Position numbers and translations under genes: made by a program. From contig SVAG01000002.1 of NCBI GenBank assembly GCA_015059545.1, positions 109,654 to 173,653 on the forward strand: DNA of 64,000 nt, read 5' to 3'. This stretch comes from Lactobacillales bacterium (GTDB lineage Bacteria > Bacillota_I > Bacilli_A > RF39 > UBA660). The notes beneath the pieces were generated by a model, which was not told the DNA's origin, made no database searches, and saw only the letters and a list, made by a program, of their open reading frames with translations. This document shows, one piece after another, positions 1-9,360 of the stretch (its first letter is position 1; every line of letters starts with the position of its first letter).

Positions 1-640
1 CTTCATTAATAGCTTGTTCTTTTAAGATTGCTCTTTCTTTATCTAATTCTTCAGTTGGAACATTTTCTCTTTTTACATATAATGGTCTCATAGCTGCTGC
101 ATGCATTGAAACATCTTTAGCTGTTTCTTCATTAGCATTATTAACAATTGTTAAAACTGCTATTTTACCACCCATATGAATGTATTCTCCAAATGATTCT
201 GAATCAGATTTAGTTACTTTAACGAATCTTCTTAATGATAATTTTTCTCCAATTTTTGCTGTTTTAGCAATAATTAAATCATTAATAGTTCCTTCTTCAG
301 CTTTTTCTTCTAATAATTCTTCTACTGTTGTAGCACTTGAAGATAAGATAGTATTTAAGATTGTATTTACTAATTCTTTAAATTCTTCATTTTTTGCTAC
401 GAAGTCAGTTTCTGAATTAACTTCTACGATTGCAGCATCATTTCCATTAATTAATATTGCTGCTAAACCTTCAGCTGCTATACGATCTGCTTTTTTTGCA
501 GCTTTAGATATACCTTTTTCTCTTAACCAATCCATTGATGCGTTTATATCACCATTGTTTGCTTCTAATGCTTTTTTACAATCAAGCATTCCTGCTCCAG
601 ATTTTTCTCTTAATTCTTTTACTAGACTAGCACTAATCAT
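1..640 (-). CDS. tsf: Elongation factor Ts, partial (3' end lies outside the window)
   Basis: The reverse-strand translation from ATG (complement of 638-640) reads MISASLVKELREKSGAGMLDCKKALEANNGDINASMDWLREKGISKAAKKADRIAAEGLAAI..., a typical EF-Ts N-terminus. A GGGAG RBS lies 7 nt upstream. The gene directly follows rpsB as in most bacteria. The + strand ORF at 180..728 is its antisense artifact. Confidence 0.85.
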   Translation of the reverse strand, partial: MISASLVKELREKSGAGMLDCKKALEANNGDINASMDWLREKGISKAAKKADRIAAEGLAAILINGNDAAIVEVNSETDFVAKNEEFKELVNTILNTILSSSATTVEELLEEKAEEGTINDLIIAKTAKIGEKLSLRRFVKVTKSDSESFGEYIHMGGKIAVLTIVNNANEETAKDVSMHAAAMRPLYVKRENVPTEELDKERAILKEQAINE

Positions 641-679
641 ATTGTTTCTCCCTTCAAAGAAAGATGATATAAAATCATC

Positions 680-1690
680 TTATTTATTTAAAGCTTCAAT
701 AAGCTCTGCTTTTTTCATTGTTGAGTAACCTTTAACGTCTTTAGCTTTAGCCATTTCACGAAGTTCTGCAACTGTAAGTTTAGTTAAATCTTTGGCTTCT
801 TCTTTTACTTCTTTTTTAACTTCTTTAACTTCAGTTTTTTCTTCTTTAGCTTCTACTTTTTCTGTCTTTTTTACATCTTTTTTAAATGGTTTATTTGATT
901 TTTCAAATCTTTTTTTATTATCGTCTTTTCTTTTTACTGTTTCTAATGCTTTTTCCATAATATTAGCATCTGCTTTTTTATCTTCATCTTTAACATAGTT
1001 AACGATTTTTCCACCATTTGCTTCTACTATAGCATTAGCCATAACACCTGTAATTAATTTTACAGCACGGATAGCATCGTCATTACCTGGAATTACATAA
1101 TCAACCATATCTGGATCACAGTTTGTATCTACAATACCAAATACTGGAATATTTAATTTTCTAGCTTCTCTTATTGCGATTTCTTCTTTAGAAGGATCTA
1201 CAACAAACATAGCTTCTGGTAATTTGTGCATTTCACGAATACCACATAATACTTTATTTAATTTTTCATATTCTTTTTTAATTCCAATTACTTCTTTTTT
1301 TGGTAATAAATCGAATGTACCATCTTTTTCCATTCTTTCGATTTCTTCTAATCTTTTAACTCTTCTTCTTATTGTTCTGAAATTAGTTAAAGTTCCACCT
1401 AACCATCTTTCAGCTACATAATAAGAATTTGATCTAATAGCTTCTTCAGTAACAGCTTCACTTGCTTGTTTTCTAGTTCCAACAAATAAAACTTTACCTC
1501 CATTAGCTGCAATTTTGTGAAGAGCTGCATAAGCTTCTTCTATTTTTTTAGCTGTTTTTTGTAAGTCGATAATATAAATATCATCTCTTGATGTAAAAAT
1601 ATACTCTTTCATTTTTGGGTTCCATCTTTTAGTTTGGTGACCAAAGTGAACACCTGTTTCTAATAAATAACTCATTGACACTACTGCCAT
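680..1690 (-). CDS. rpsB: 30S ribosomal protein S2 with a ~100-aa K/E-rich C-terminal extension
   Basis: The S2 core is clear ([14 protein letters not shown] ... DTNCDP ...). The protein then runs into a lysine/glutamate-rich tail ending [32 protein letters not shown]. The gene sits upstream of tsf, and a GGAGGA RBS precedes the start. Confidence 0.9.
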   Translation of the reverse strand: MAVVSMSYLLETGVHFGHQTKRWNPKMKEYIFTSRDDIYIIDLQKTAKKIEEAYAALHKIAANGGKVLFVGTRKQASEAVTEEAIRSNSYYVAERWLGGTLTNFRTIRRRVKRLEEIERMEKDGTFDLLPKKEVIGIKKEYEKLNKVLCGIREMHKLPEAMFVVDPSKEEIAIREARKLNIPVFGIVDTNCDPDMVDYVIPGNDDAIRAVKLITGVMANAIVEANGGKIVNYVKDEDKKADANIMEKALETVKRKDDNKKRFEKSNKPFKKDVKKTEKVEAKEEKTEVKEVKKEVKEEAKDLTKLTVAELREMAKAKDVKGYSTMKKAELIEALNK

Positions 1691-1794
1691 TTAAATTCCT
1701 CCTTTTGTTAATCCTCCATTATCTCAACTTTTTACACCACCATTTGGCACTAGGCATAAAAATCAATAATGTGTGTTTTTCTTTGAAAAAGCCA

Positions 1795-1835
1795 AAGTAA
1801 TTATAACAAATTTTTTATTACTTTTCAAGCTTATT
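1795..1835 (-). promoter_or_regulatory. Putative sigma-A promoter (extended -10, TGtTATAAT) for rpsB-tsf
   Basis: The minus-strand sequence ttTGtTATAATtac (complement of 1800-1808) lies ~110 nt upstream of the rpsB start. The same extended -10 signature recurs before other genes in this window. Confidence 0.4.
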
Positions 1836-1851
1836 TAATAATATTCTTATT

Positions 1852-2436
1852 TTATTTTTCTTTTACTTTTTCTAATACTTTTATAATTGTTTCTTTTTGT
1901 GGTGAATCTAACATTATTTCTTGATAATAATTATATAAATCTTTAAATTTAACATTTAATGGTAATTCAAACGTTATTCTTTTTACATAATCTGCATCTA
2001 ATTGTCCTACAGATGTTGGTTTAAGAATAAATGAATTCCAATCTTCATTATCATCTTTATCTTTGGTATATGTTACTTTACCACATTCTAAACATCTTAC
2101 ACTAGCATATTCTGCTTCTTCTTTTGTTTTAGCATTTATTACTCTGTTATTTTTATGTTTTTTATAACCAGTAATTACTAATATTGGATGTGTACAAACA
2201 TCTTTTATTCTCTGTAGTTCACTTACTTGTTGTTCTTCTAATTTTTGTTGTAATTTTTCTTCATATAAGTATTCAGTACCTAATTCTTTTAATTTATTAA
2301 CTATTTCACATTTTTTTAATTCTTCTGTAAGTTCACTTATTTCTTTTAATATTTCTTGTTTTCTTGTAATAGTATTTTCACATTCTTTTTTATTATTTAA
2401 AACTCTTTGTCTTGTTTTTTCATTCATACTAATCAC
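1852..2436 (-). CDS. Hypothetical coiled-coil protein with a CxxC-type zinc-ribbon-like motif (CTHP ... RCLECGK)
   Basis: This is a 194-aa ORF immediately downstream of rnj on the same strand, separated from it by only 1 nt. I recognise no family. Confidence 0.45.
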   Translation of the reverse strand: MISMNEKTRQRVLNNKKECENTITRKQEILKEISELTEELKKCEIVNKLKELGTEYLYEEKLQQKLEEQQVSELQRIKDVCTHPILVITGYKKHKNNRVINAKTKEEAEYASVRCLECGKVTYTKDKDDNEDWNSFILKPTSVGQLDADYVKRITFELPLNVKFKDLYNYYQEIMLDSPQKETIIKVLEKVKEK

Positions 2437-4080
2437 CTAAACTTCTTGCATAACAATTAATATCATTGGTTTACACTCAGTCTCTTTATATAAATATTTT
2501 CCTAATTTTTCTCTTATTCCTAATTTTATTTTGTTAAATTCAACATAATTATTTTTTATATTTTCATTTATTACTTCTAGCGATATTTTTTCTGCTTCTT
2601 TTATTATATCGATATTTTCTTTTACATAGATAAATCCTCTTGTTAGTATTTCTGGCCCTGCTAATATCTTTTTAGTCTTTTTATCTAATGTTGCACTTAC
2701 TAATACAATTCCATTATCACTTAAAAGTTCTCTATCTTTAATAACTAATTCGCTTATATCTCCAACTGTTTTACCATCTATTAATATTTCATCTATTTTA
2801 ACAAATTCATCAGTTTCTACAAGCTTTCCATTTCTAAATTCAGTTATCATTCCATTTAATTTTAAAATGATATTTTCATCAGTATAACCCACTTTTTTAG
2901 CGTTATTAGCATTTTCTACTTGTTGTTTATATTCACCTATTACTGGAAAATAATATTTTGGATTCATTAAATTAATCATCATCATTAAATCTTCACTAGA
3001 TGCATGATTTGATAAATATGATGAAGATAAAATTATTAAATTTGATCCTATTTTTGCTACATCATCATATACTCTTGTAGCTCTTTTTTCCATTCCTTCA
3101 TATACAGGTGATGCAAATACTACTGTATCATTTTCTGTTATATTTAAGAATTTATCATATCCTTTTATAATTCTTGAAATATTTGAGAATGGTCTTTCTC
3201 TTTCATCTGATACAATTACTACAATATTTGAATCATTTATATTTTTGATAGTTCCAATTTTTCTTTTATCAAAATCAATATATTTCATATCAATAGCATT
3301 ATATATCATATTTTCAAGTCTTTTTCCTAATATAACTACTTTTCTATCTGTTTTCATTATTTCTTCAAATAATTCTTGAATTCTATAGAATTGAGTTTGT
3401 GATATATTAAATATTATTCTTCCTTCATTTTGATCTAATGTTTTTGTTATAACTTGTGTAATTCTATTATTAGGTGCTGTATAACCTTTCTTTTCTGCAT
3501 AAATAGATTCACTCATTAAACATAAAACACCTTTTTTACCAACATATGCAAGTTTTCCTATATCTGTTTTATATTCGCCTTGCATTGTTTGATCAAATAC
3601 AAAGTTACCAGTATATACAATAGCACCATCTTCTGTATCTATTACATAACATACACTTCCTGGTACTGAATGTGTTACTGATATTGGAAATATACTAACA
3701 TTACCAAAATTTAAATTACGATGTGGTTCTATTATATGTAAGTTATTACTTTCAATATTAGCATCTTTTAATTCTTCTTTTAATATTTCTATTGTAAATT
3801 TTGTACCATATATATTTATTTCTGGAATAGCTTCTATTATTTCTGAAACTGCTCCCATTTGTCCATCATGACCATGTGTAATAAATATACCTTTTACTCT
3901 TTCTTTATTTTCTTTTAGATAATCAAAATTCGGAATAATATAATCTATTCCTAACATTTTATCATCAGCATATTTTAAACCCGCATCTAATACAAAAATA
4001 TCATTATCTACATCTACGATATACATATTTTTTCCTTTTTCATTTAGTCCACCAAGACTAAATATTTTTATTTTACTCAT
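2437..4080 (-). CDS. rnj: Ribonuclease J (metallo-beta-lactamase / beta-CASP family) with a degenerate motif II
   Basis: The protein has 547 aa with the typical RNase J N-terminus (KIFSLGGLNEKGKNMYIVDVDNDIFVLDAGLKY) and beta-CASP and C-terminal domains. The HxHxDH motif reads ITHGHDGQMG rather than HGHEDH. Confidence 0.8.
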   Translation of the reverse strand: MSKIKIFSLGGLNEKGKNMYIVDVDNDIFVLDAGLKYADDKMLGIDYIIPNFDYLKENKERVKGIFITHGHDGQMGAVSEIIEAIPEINIYGTKFTIEILKEELKDANIESNNLHIIEPHRNLNFGNVSIFPISVTHSVPGSVCYVIDTEDGAIVYTGNFVFDQTMQGEYKTDIGKLAYVGKKGVLCLMSESIYAEKKGYTAPNNRITQVITKTLDQNEGRIIFNISQTQFYRIQELFEEIMKTDRKVVILGKRLENMIYNAIDMKYIDFDKRKIGTIKNINDSNIVVIVSDERERPFSNISRIIKGYDKFLNITENDTVVFASPVYEGMEKRATRVYDDVAKIGSNLIILSSSYLSNHASSEDLMMMINLMNPKYYFPVIGEYKQQVENANNAKKVGYTDENIILKLNGMITEFRNGKLVETDEFVKIDEILIDGKTVGDISELVIKDRELLSDNGIVLVSATLDKKTKKILAGPEILTRGFIYVKENIDIIKEAEKISLEVINENIKNNYVEFNKIKLGIREKLGKYLYKETECKPMILIVMQEV

Positions 4081-4107
4081 ATTTACTCCTTTCTTTTCAA
4101 TATAAAA

Positions 4108-4145
4108 AGACTAATTAATTATACCACTAAATAACTAATTAGTCT
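4108..4145 (-). terminator. Hairpin (9-bp stem, agactaatt/aattagtct) followed by a T-run on the minus strand, downstream of pilin-like gene 1
   Basis: The inverted repeat is visible in the sequence. It lies between the stop of the pilin gene (4171) and the start of rnj. Confidence 0.4.
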
Positions 4146-4170
4146 AGATTTATTAATTTATTATTTAAGT

Positions 4171-5400
4171 TTAAATTTCCATATCTGCTTTAGCAACTTC
4201 TATAGCTGGACGCACTCCTGCTGTAATTTTATTATTTGCATAACGATTAGCATCTACTGTTGTATTTGCTAATATAATCCATGAACGTTCATATTGTGTT
4301 GATACAGGTGTTTCTAACCAGTAACCATCCGCTCCATTTTCTTCAGTTGAATATTTAGTGTTTTCTAATAAAAATTTACAATTATCAATGCGAGTAGATA
4401 CAGGCCCATTTAAATTTATACTACAAGCTTTTTCTATTTCTTGTGTTGTTAAAAATCTTGCAGCATAACCACTATAATCATATTCAGTCGGTAAATCATA
4501 AATATATGGCCCATACCCAGCTGATGTTCCGTCTACTTCACTTAATATTTGTCTTTTACTATTTTTTAAACTAACATTTTTCCATTGTGCTGTAGTAGGT
4601 AAATTAGTAATTGCTGTTACTGGTCCATTATAATTTTTTCCATTTTCATTATACGCAATTAAATTTGTTGCTAAATTATCAGCAATTCCTTTTGTTGTAT
4701 TATTACTATATACTAATACAGCTGTTAAATTATCTAAATCGGTTACATAATAAAATCTTTCTGTTTGTGAGTCATATTTTTTATCACCATTAACATCACA
4801 ATCAAATGCATCTCCACTTGATAATGATCCTGCTTTTCCTAAATTTCCATAAGTTATATCTGAGTTTAATTCATATCCATCAACTTTACAATACCAATAG
4901 GTATCTTCTTGTTTACATTTTTCTGTATGTAACTCTGTTGCTTTTTTACATTTATAAGTTACTTCTTCAGGTTCTTCTTCGTTTGGTTCCTCTTTTGGTT
5001 CTTCTTTATTTTCATCGTCATTTACTTTTGATCCTACTATTGCTTCTCCATCTTCATATTTTACTTCATATCCATTTATTACTAGTGTTGCTTTTATTAC
5101 TCTTCCTGATGAATCTACTTCAATTGTTCCACTTGTTGGTTTTGTTCCTTTTACATTTACTTTGCTATTAAATGATGTTACTTCTCCTGATTCTATTTTT
5201 TCATATTTACCATTTAATTGTGCCATTGAATTATTATAATCAATTGCTTCAATGTACCCATATGCTGAATCTACTGCAGCACTCTTTCTTGCATCATTTA
5301 TCATATTTAATATAATTGGTGTTGCTATTAGTGCTATTATTGCTAGTATTACTATTACTGCTAATAGTTCAATAAGTGTAAAACCTTTTTTATTCTTCAT
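4171..5400 (-). CDS. Modular type IV pilin-like protein, copy 1: prepilin N-terminal methylation domain plus an acidic linker plus a C-terminal lectin-like (DUF1566-like) head
   Basis: The N-terminus is MKNKKG|FTLIELLAVIVILAIIALIATP, a class III signal peptide with Glu at +5. The first ~118 aa are essentially identical to copies 2 and 3; copy 5 diverges slightly (IEAIEYQN vs IEAIDYNN). An EEPKEEPNEEEPEE linker follows. The C-terminal region carries the motifs ARFLTTQEIEK ... GYWLETPVST ... AGVRPAIEV. Confidence 0.8.
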   Translation of the reverse strand: MKNKKGFTLIELLAVIVILAIIALIATPIILNMINDARKSAAVDSAYGYIEAIDYNNSMAQLNGKYEKIESGEVTSFNSKVNVKGTKPTSGTIEVDSSGRVIKATLVINGYEVKYEDGEAIVGSKVNDDENKEEPKEEPNEEEPEEVTYKCKKATELHTEKCKQEDTYWYCKVDGYELNSDITYGNLGKAGSLSSGDAFDCDVNGDKKYDSQTERFYYVTDLDNLTAVLVYSNNTTKGIADNLATNLIAYNENGKNYNGPVTAITNLPTTAQWKNVSLKNSKRQILSEVDGTSAGYGPYIYDLPTEYDYSGYAARFLTTQEIEKACSINLNGPVSTRIDNCKFLLENTKYSTEENGADGYWLETPVSTQYERSWIILANTTVDANRYANNKITAGVRPAIEVAKADMEI

Positions 5401-5419
5401 TATATCTCTCCTATCTTAT

Positions 5420-5445
5420 ATAAATAGTATACCATTATTTTTAAT
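5420..5445 (-). promoter_or_regulatory. Extended -10 promoter (aaTGgTATACT) plus AGGAGAG RBS for pilin-like gene 1
   Basis: Minus-strand TGgTATACT is the complement of 5426-5434. The same element is conserved upstream of copies 2 and 5. Confidence 0.45.
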
Positions 5446-5452
5446 TTTAAAA

Positions 5453-5482
5453 ATAAAAAAATAAGGTGTTTTACACCTTATT
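5453..5482 (-). terminator. Rho-independent terminator (aaggtgt-ttt-acacctt hairpin plus T-run) closing the upstream zinc-ribbon gene
   Basis: A perfect 7-bp inverted repeat at 5464-5480 is flanked by an A-run (a T-run on the minus strand). A similar hairpin also lies upstream of copies 2 and 5. Confidence 0.5.
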
Positions 5483-5484
5483 TA

Positions 5485-6252
5485 CTATTTAAATAATTTG
5501 TCTACTATATCCATTACTGCTGTAGCGAATATTGACATTGAAGCAACACTTACAAATAATTTGTTTTTATCTAATTTAGCTGCTTGGTAAACACCACCTG
5601 CTAATACTAATGTACTAGTAATTGAAGCAAATGTTGCTACATAACTTCTTACATAACCTACAAATTCAGCATCTACGAATACTAAGATTGAATTTAATAA
5701 ATTAGCTACTAATACTACTGCTAAACTTACTCCTACTGCTGAAATCATTTCTTTAATTGAAGCTGTTCCTTTAAATAATTTAGAAACTACTACATATCCT
5801 AACACTGCTAATAAAGCATATTCTGCTAAGTTAGTTGCAAATGTTGTAAAAAATTCTTTTAAGTATTCTGGTTCTTTTACTAATGATTCTCCAGATAATG
5901 CACTACTTAATAATGAAGATAAATCTCCTTCATTAAATGAACTAGCTGAACTTGATGAATACATATTTTTTAATGTTGCTATTTTATATAATCCACTTGA
6001 TAATGCAGCTAACACTACCATGATAATTCCTGTAACGAATTTATTATCCACTACAAATGATTTAATTACATCAAAAGGTTTAGTAAAAATTCCTTTTAAT
6101 ACTTCTAAGCAATCCATAAAACTTTGTTTTACATCTACTGCTTCTCCATTAGTAGCTGCTACTACTGTTGCTGCTACCTCTTTAGTTTCTTTACAATCTG
6201 GGCATATCCCATCTACTGTTTCTTTTCCACATTTTGTACAAAATTTTGCCAT
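5485..6252 (-). CDS. Zinc-ribbon domain membrane protein
   Basis: An N-terminal CxxC...CxxC (MAKFCTKCGKETVDGICPDCK) is followed by several hydrophobic helices. Confidence 0.5.
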   Translation of the reverse strand: MAKFCTKCGKETVDGICPDCKETKEVAATVVAATNGEAVDVKQSFMDCLEVLKGIFTKPFDVIKSFVVDNKFVTGIIMVVLAALSSGLYKIATLKNMYSSSSASSFNEGDLSSLLSSALSGESLVKEPEYLKEFFTTFATNLAEYALLAVLGYVVVSKLFKGTASIKEMISAVGVSLAVVLVANLLNSILVFVDAEFVGYVRSYVATFASITSTLVLAGGVYQAAKLDKNKLFVSVASMSIFATAVMDIVDKLFK

Positions 6253-6264
6253 TTTTCTTTCCTC

Positions 6265-7464
6265 CTAATATCTAGAAAAATAAGTGTTTATGCTTGATAA
6301 ATCAGTCATAACATACTCTTTTTCATCCATTTCATAATATGCATAGAATGTATCTGTTTTTTCACTTGATGTATATTCTTTTGTTTCTTCTCCATCTTTA
6401 TAACTTAATTTATAAGTATATTTCATTTTTGCATATAATCTTAATTCTTCTCCATCTACTGTTACAGAAGTAATTTCTATATCTTTTATATTTAATTCTG
6501 TTAATTCTCTATATTCAGAGTTAACATTTGATTTTAAACTACTATAAGTGTAGTCAATTTCACTTTGTAAATCTTCACTGAATGATCCTTTGATATCATC
6601 AAAGCTTTTATCTTCCATTGCTGATTTATAAATTAATTCTAATTTTTCTTTAATATCTTTTGTTAATTCTTTTTCTGTTTTTGATGCAAGTTTTAAATTA
6701 TTTCCTCTATATGATCCATAATTACTACTTACACTCATTTCACCAGCTAATTTTAATCCTGATTTATATTCTAGTATAACATCATATTTACCTTTTAAAA
6801 TACTTGGAATAACATATTTATCAGTTGATGATGAATAATAATCTTCTTGGTATTTATCACTTACAGTTACATCACCAATTTTTATTTCAGTATCTGCTGG
6901 TATATATATTGTATAATCTTTAGCAATTAAATCACTGCTATCTACAGTCCAATTATCGAAGAATAACCATTTTTTATCTTTATTTTTTAATAATTTAATT
7001 TCTTTTTTTCTTTCTTTAGATGATCCATCTTCAATATATGTGATTGTAATTTTTGTACTTAGTGCATCTTCAGATATTTCTTTATCTTCTACACTATAGT
7101 TTGCTATTTTGATATCTTCATTATCTTTAATAGCTTCTTTCAATAATTTTTTACTTACGAATTTACTATCTTTTACATTCATAACTTCATATAATGTATC
7201 AGCATCATTCGCTGCATATGCTTTAAAATATTTTAAAGCTATTTTTTCTGGTGTAATTAAACTTCCTAAATACATATAAACTCCAATAAATGCTACTACT
7301 ACTGCAACTACTACACCAATAATTACTTTAGTTTTTTTGCTCATTGGTTTTTTAGGTGCTGCAACATGTGTAACTACTGTTTCTTCTACTTCTAATTTAG
7401 CTCCACATTTTTCACAGAATTGTGCACCAGTTTCATTTTTTGTTCCACATTCTCCACAAAACAT
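6265..7464 (-). CDS. Zinc-ribbon, single-TM protein with a large extracytoplasmic domain
   Basis: The N-terminus is MFCGECGTKNETGAQFCEKCGAK, followed by a TM segment (VIIGVVVAVVVAFIGVYMYL) and a ~330-aa C-terminal domain. It is a tandem paralog-like neighbour of 5485..6252. Confidence 0.5.
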   Translation of the reverse strand: MFCGECGTKNETGAQFCEKCGAKLEVEETVVTHVAAPKKPMSKKTKVIIGVVVAVVVAFIGVYMYLGSLITPEKIALKYFKAYAANDADTLYEVMNVKDSKFVSKKLLKEAIKDNEDIKIANYSVEDKEISEDALSTKITITYIEDGSSKERKKEIKLLKNKDKKWLFFDNWTVDSSDLIAKDYTIYIPADTEIKIGDVTVSDKYQEDYYSSSTDKYVIPSILKGKYDVILEYKSGLKLAGEMSVSSNYGSYRGNNLKLASKTEKELTKDIKEKLELIYKSAMEDKSFDDIKGSFSEDLQSEIDYTYSSLKSNVNSEYRELTELNIKDIEITSVTVDGEELRLYAKMKYTYKLSYKDGEETKEYTSSEKTDTFYAYYEMDEKEYVMTDLSSINTYFSRY

Positions 7465-7546
7465 TTTCTTTCCTCCTTATAAAAAAGTTTACATTTTTTT
7501 AAATTATATGTCAATATTTGTCTTTAAAAAACAAAAACTTTACACT

Positions 7547-9313
7547 TTAAAAACCACTTCTTTTAAATAATTTTTCTAATTCTTCTTTTGAATAATAAAT
7601 TATTGTTGGTCTTCCATGAGGACAGTTAAATGGATTTTTGCATTTTCTTAAATCTTCTATCAATCTTTCCATTTCTTCTTTTGTTATTTCATCATTTGCT
7701 TTTATACTCATTTTACATGCCATAGTAGCTGCTACATGATCTCTAAATCTTCCTAAATTAAAATTCTTTTCTTTTTCAATTACCATTTCAATTACTTTTT
7801 TTATAGCCTCTACTTCATTACCACTAGGTATCCAAGTAGGATGTGCTTTTACTATAATTGAGTTTATTCCAAATGGTTCTATTTTAAAATTCATTTCTTC
7901 TAACATATCAAAGTTTTCTTTTAAAATTATATATTCATTATTTGAATATTCTATAGTTGTAGGCACTATCATATCTATTTTATCATTATTTGGATTTGAT
8001 AATTTATCTAGACATATTTCATAATTTATTCTTTCTTTAGCTGCATGTTGATCAATTATATACATCCCTGTATCATTTTGACATATTATATATGTACCAT
8101 GTACTTCCCCAATTGGATACATTAAAGGCATTTTTTCTGTTACTAATTCTTGTTCTTCTTCTTTTAATTTTTCACTTATTATTAAATCATTATTAATTAC
8201 AAGTGGTTCTTCTGTTAATAATTCTTCTTGTTTTTCATATTTTGTTTCTTCTTCATTTATATTAAAGTTAAGGGTAAATGTTTCTACTTTTTTATGTTCA
8301 CGCTCTTTAGCTTCTATATTAGGTATTAAATTAATATTTTTTAATTTTTTTTCTATTGTTTCTCTTACTAAGTCATTTAATTCTTCAAATTTAGAAAATT
8401 TCACATCCATTTTAGTAGGATGTATATTTACATCGACTAAAGTTGGATCTACTTCTATATTAAGTACTACTATTGGATATCTATTATCTGGTTTATATGA
8501 GTGATATGAATCATTTATTGTTCTATTTAATTCTATGTTTCTAACTACTCTATTATTTACAAGCGTTATCATTCCATTTTTGTTTGATCTATGTACTTCT
8601 GGTAAAGATATATATCCACTTATTTTATAATCTTCATTTTCTGCTTCTATTTCTACCATTCTTTTTGCGACTTCTACTCCATATATACATTTTATGTTCT
8701 TAAGTAAATTATTAGAACCATCTGTATTTAGAACTACATTATTATCTGATATTAATGTTATTTTTATTTCTGGATGAGTTAAAGATATTTTATTTACATA
8801 ATCTGTTATACTAGCAAGTTCTGTATAAAAACTTTTTAAATGTTTTAAACGTGCTGGTGTATTAAAGAATAAGTTTTTTACTTCTATAGTTGTTCCTTTT
8901 CTTAAATCTGATTCATTTACTTCCTCTATTTTTCCACCTACTACTTTTACTTCAGTACCAGTTATTCCATCACTTGTTTTTAATGTAATTTCACTTACAC
9001 TTCCAATAGAAGCAAGTGCTTCGCCTCTAAAACCTAGTGTCCCTATATTAAATAAGTCATCACTTGTTTTTATTTTACTTGTAGCATGAAGTGCAAAACA
9101 AAGTACTGCGTCTTCCTTATCCATCCCGATTCCATTATCTGTTACTCTTATTAATTTAGTTCCTGCTTGTTCTACTTCTATTTTAATTTCTGTACTTTTA
9201 GCATCTATACTATTTTCTACAAGTTCTTTTACAACATTCATACATCTTTCTACAACTTCTCCAGCTGCTATCTTATTTGATAATAATTCATCCATTATAT
9301 GTATTTTTCCCAT
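7547..9313 (-). CDS. mutL: DNA mismatch repair protein MutL
   Basis: The N-terminus has the GHKL ATPase motifs (NKIAAGEVVERCMNVVKELVENSIDAKSTEIKIEVEQAG ... DNGIGM). It ends in a MutL C-terminal dimerization domain. Confidence 0.9.
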   Translation of the reverse strand: MGKIHIMDELLSNKIAAGEVVERCMNVVKELVENSIDAKSTEIKIEVEQAGTKLIRVTDNGIGMDKEDAVLCFALHATSKIKTSDDLFNIGTLGFRGEALASIGSVSEITLKTSDGITGTEVKVVGGKIEEVNESDLRKGTTIEVKNLFFNTPARLKHLKSFYTELASITDYVNKISLTHPEIKITLISDNNVVLNTDGSNNLLKNIKCIYGVEVAKRMVEIEAENEDYKISGYISLPEVHRSNKNGMITLVNNRVVRNIELNRTINDSYHSYKPDNRYPIVVLNIEVDPTLVDVNIHPTKMDVKFSKFEELNDLVRETIEKKLKNINLIPNIEAKEREHKKVETFTLNFNINEEETKYEKQEELLTEEPLVINNDLIISEKLKEEEQELVTEKMPLMYPIGEVHGTYIICQNDTGMYIIDQHAAKERINYEICLDKLSNPNNDKIDMIVPTTIEYSNNEYIILKENFDMLEEMNFKIEPFGINSIIVKAHPTWIPSGNEVEAIKKVIEMVIEKEKNFNLGRFRDHVAATMACKMSIKANDEITKEEMERLIEDLRKCKNPFNCPHGRPTIIYYSKEELEKLFKRSGF

Positions 9314-9342
9314 ACTACCACCTAATTAATTATAACAAAAAA

Positions 9343-9357
9343 AAGACTATTTGTCTT
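9343..9357 (-). terminator. Short hairpin (aagac-tattt-gtctt) flanked by A/T runs between the 9361 gene and mutL
   Basis: The inverted repeat is visible in the sequence. Confidence 0.3.
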
Positions 9358-9360
9358 TTT

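Larger units (their letters stand above)
5041..5482 (-). repeat. Conserved ~440-bp pilin cassette 5' module (terminator, promoter, RBS and first ~118 codons), repeat copy A
   Basis: It is roughly 95% identical at the DNA level to 15641..16087 by eye, and similar to 48180..48609 and 39230..39518. Confidence 0.7.

Noticed and set aside
180-728. The plus-strand ORF track entries 180..728 and 792..998, and the L/F/Y-rich plus-strand ORFs 4611..4793, 4806..5171, 15233..15427, 15473..15778, 39227..39433, 48046..48441, 17888..18103, 29631..29831 and 30003..30239.
   Set aside because: They are antisense to well-supported minus-strand genes (tsf, rpsB, the pilins, uvrA and others). Their Leu/Phe-rich low-complexity translations are what you get from reading A/K/E-rich coding sequence backwards. 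None has an RBS or any homology.
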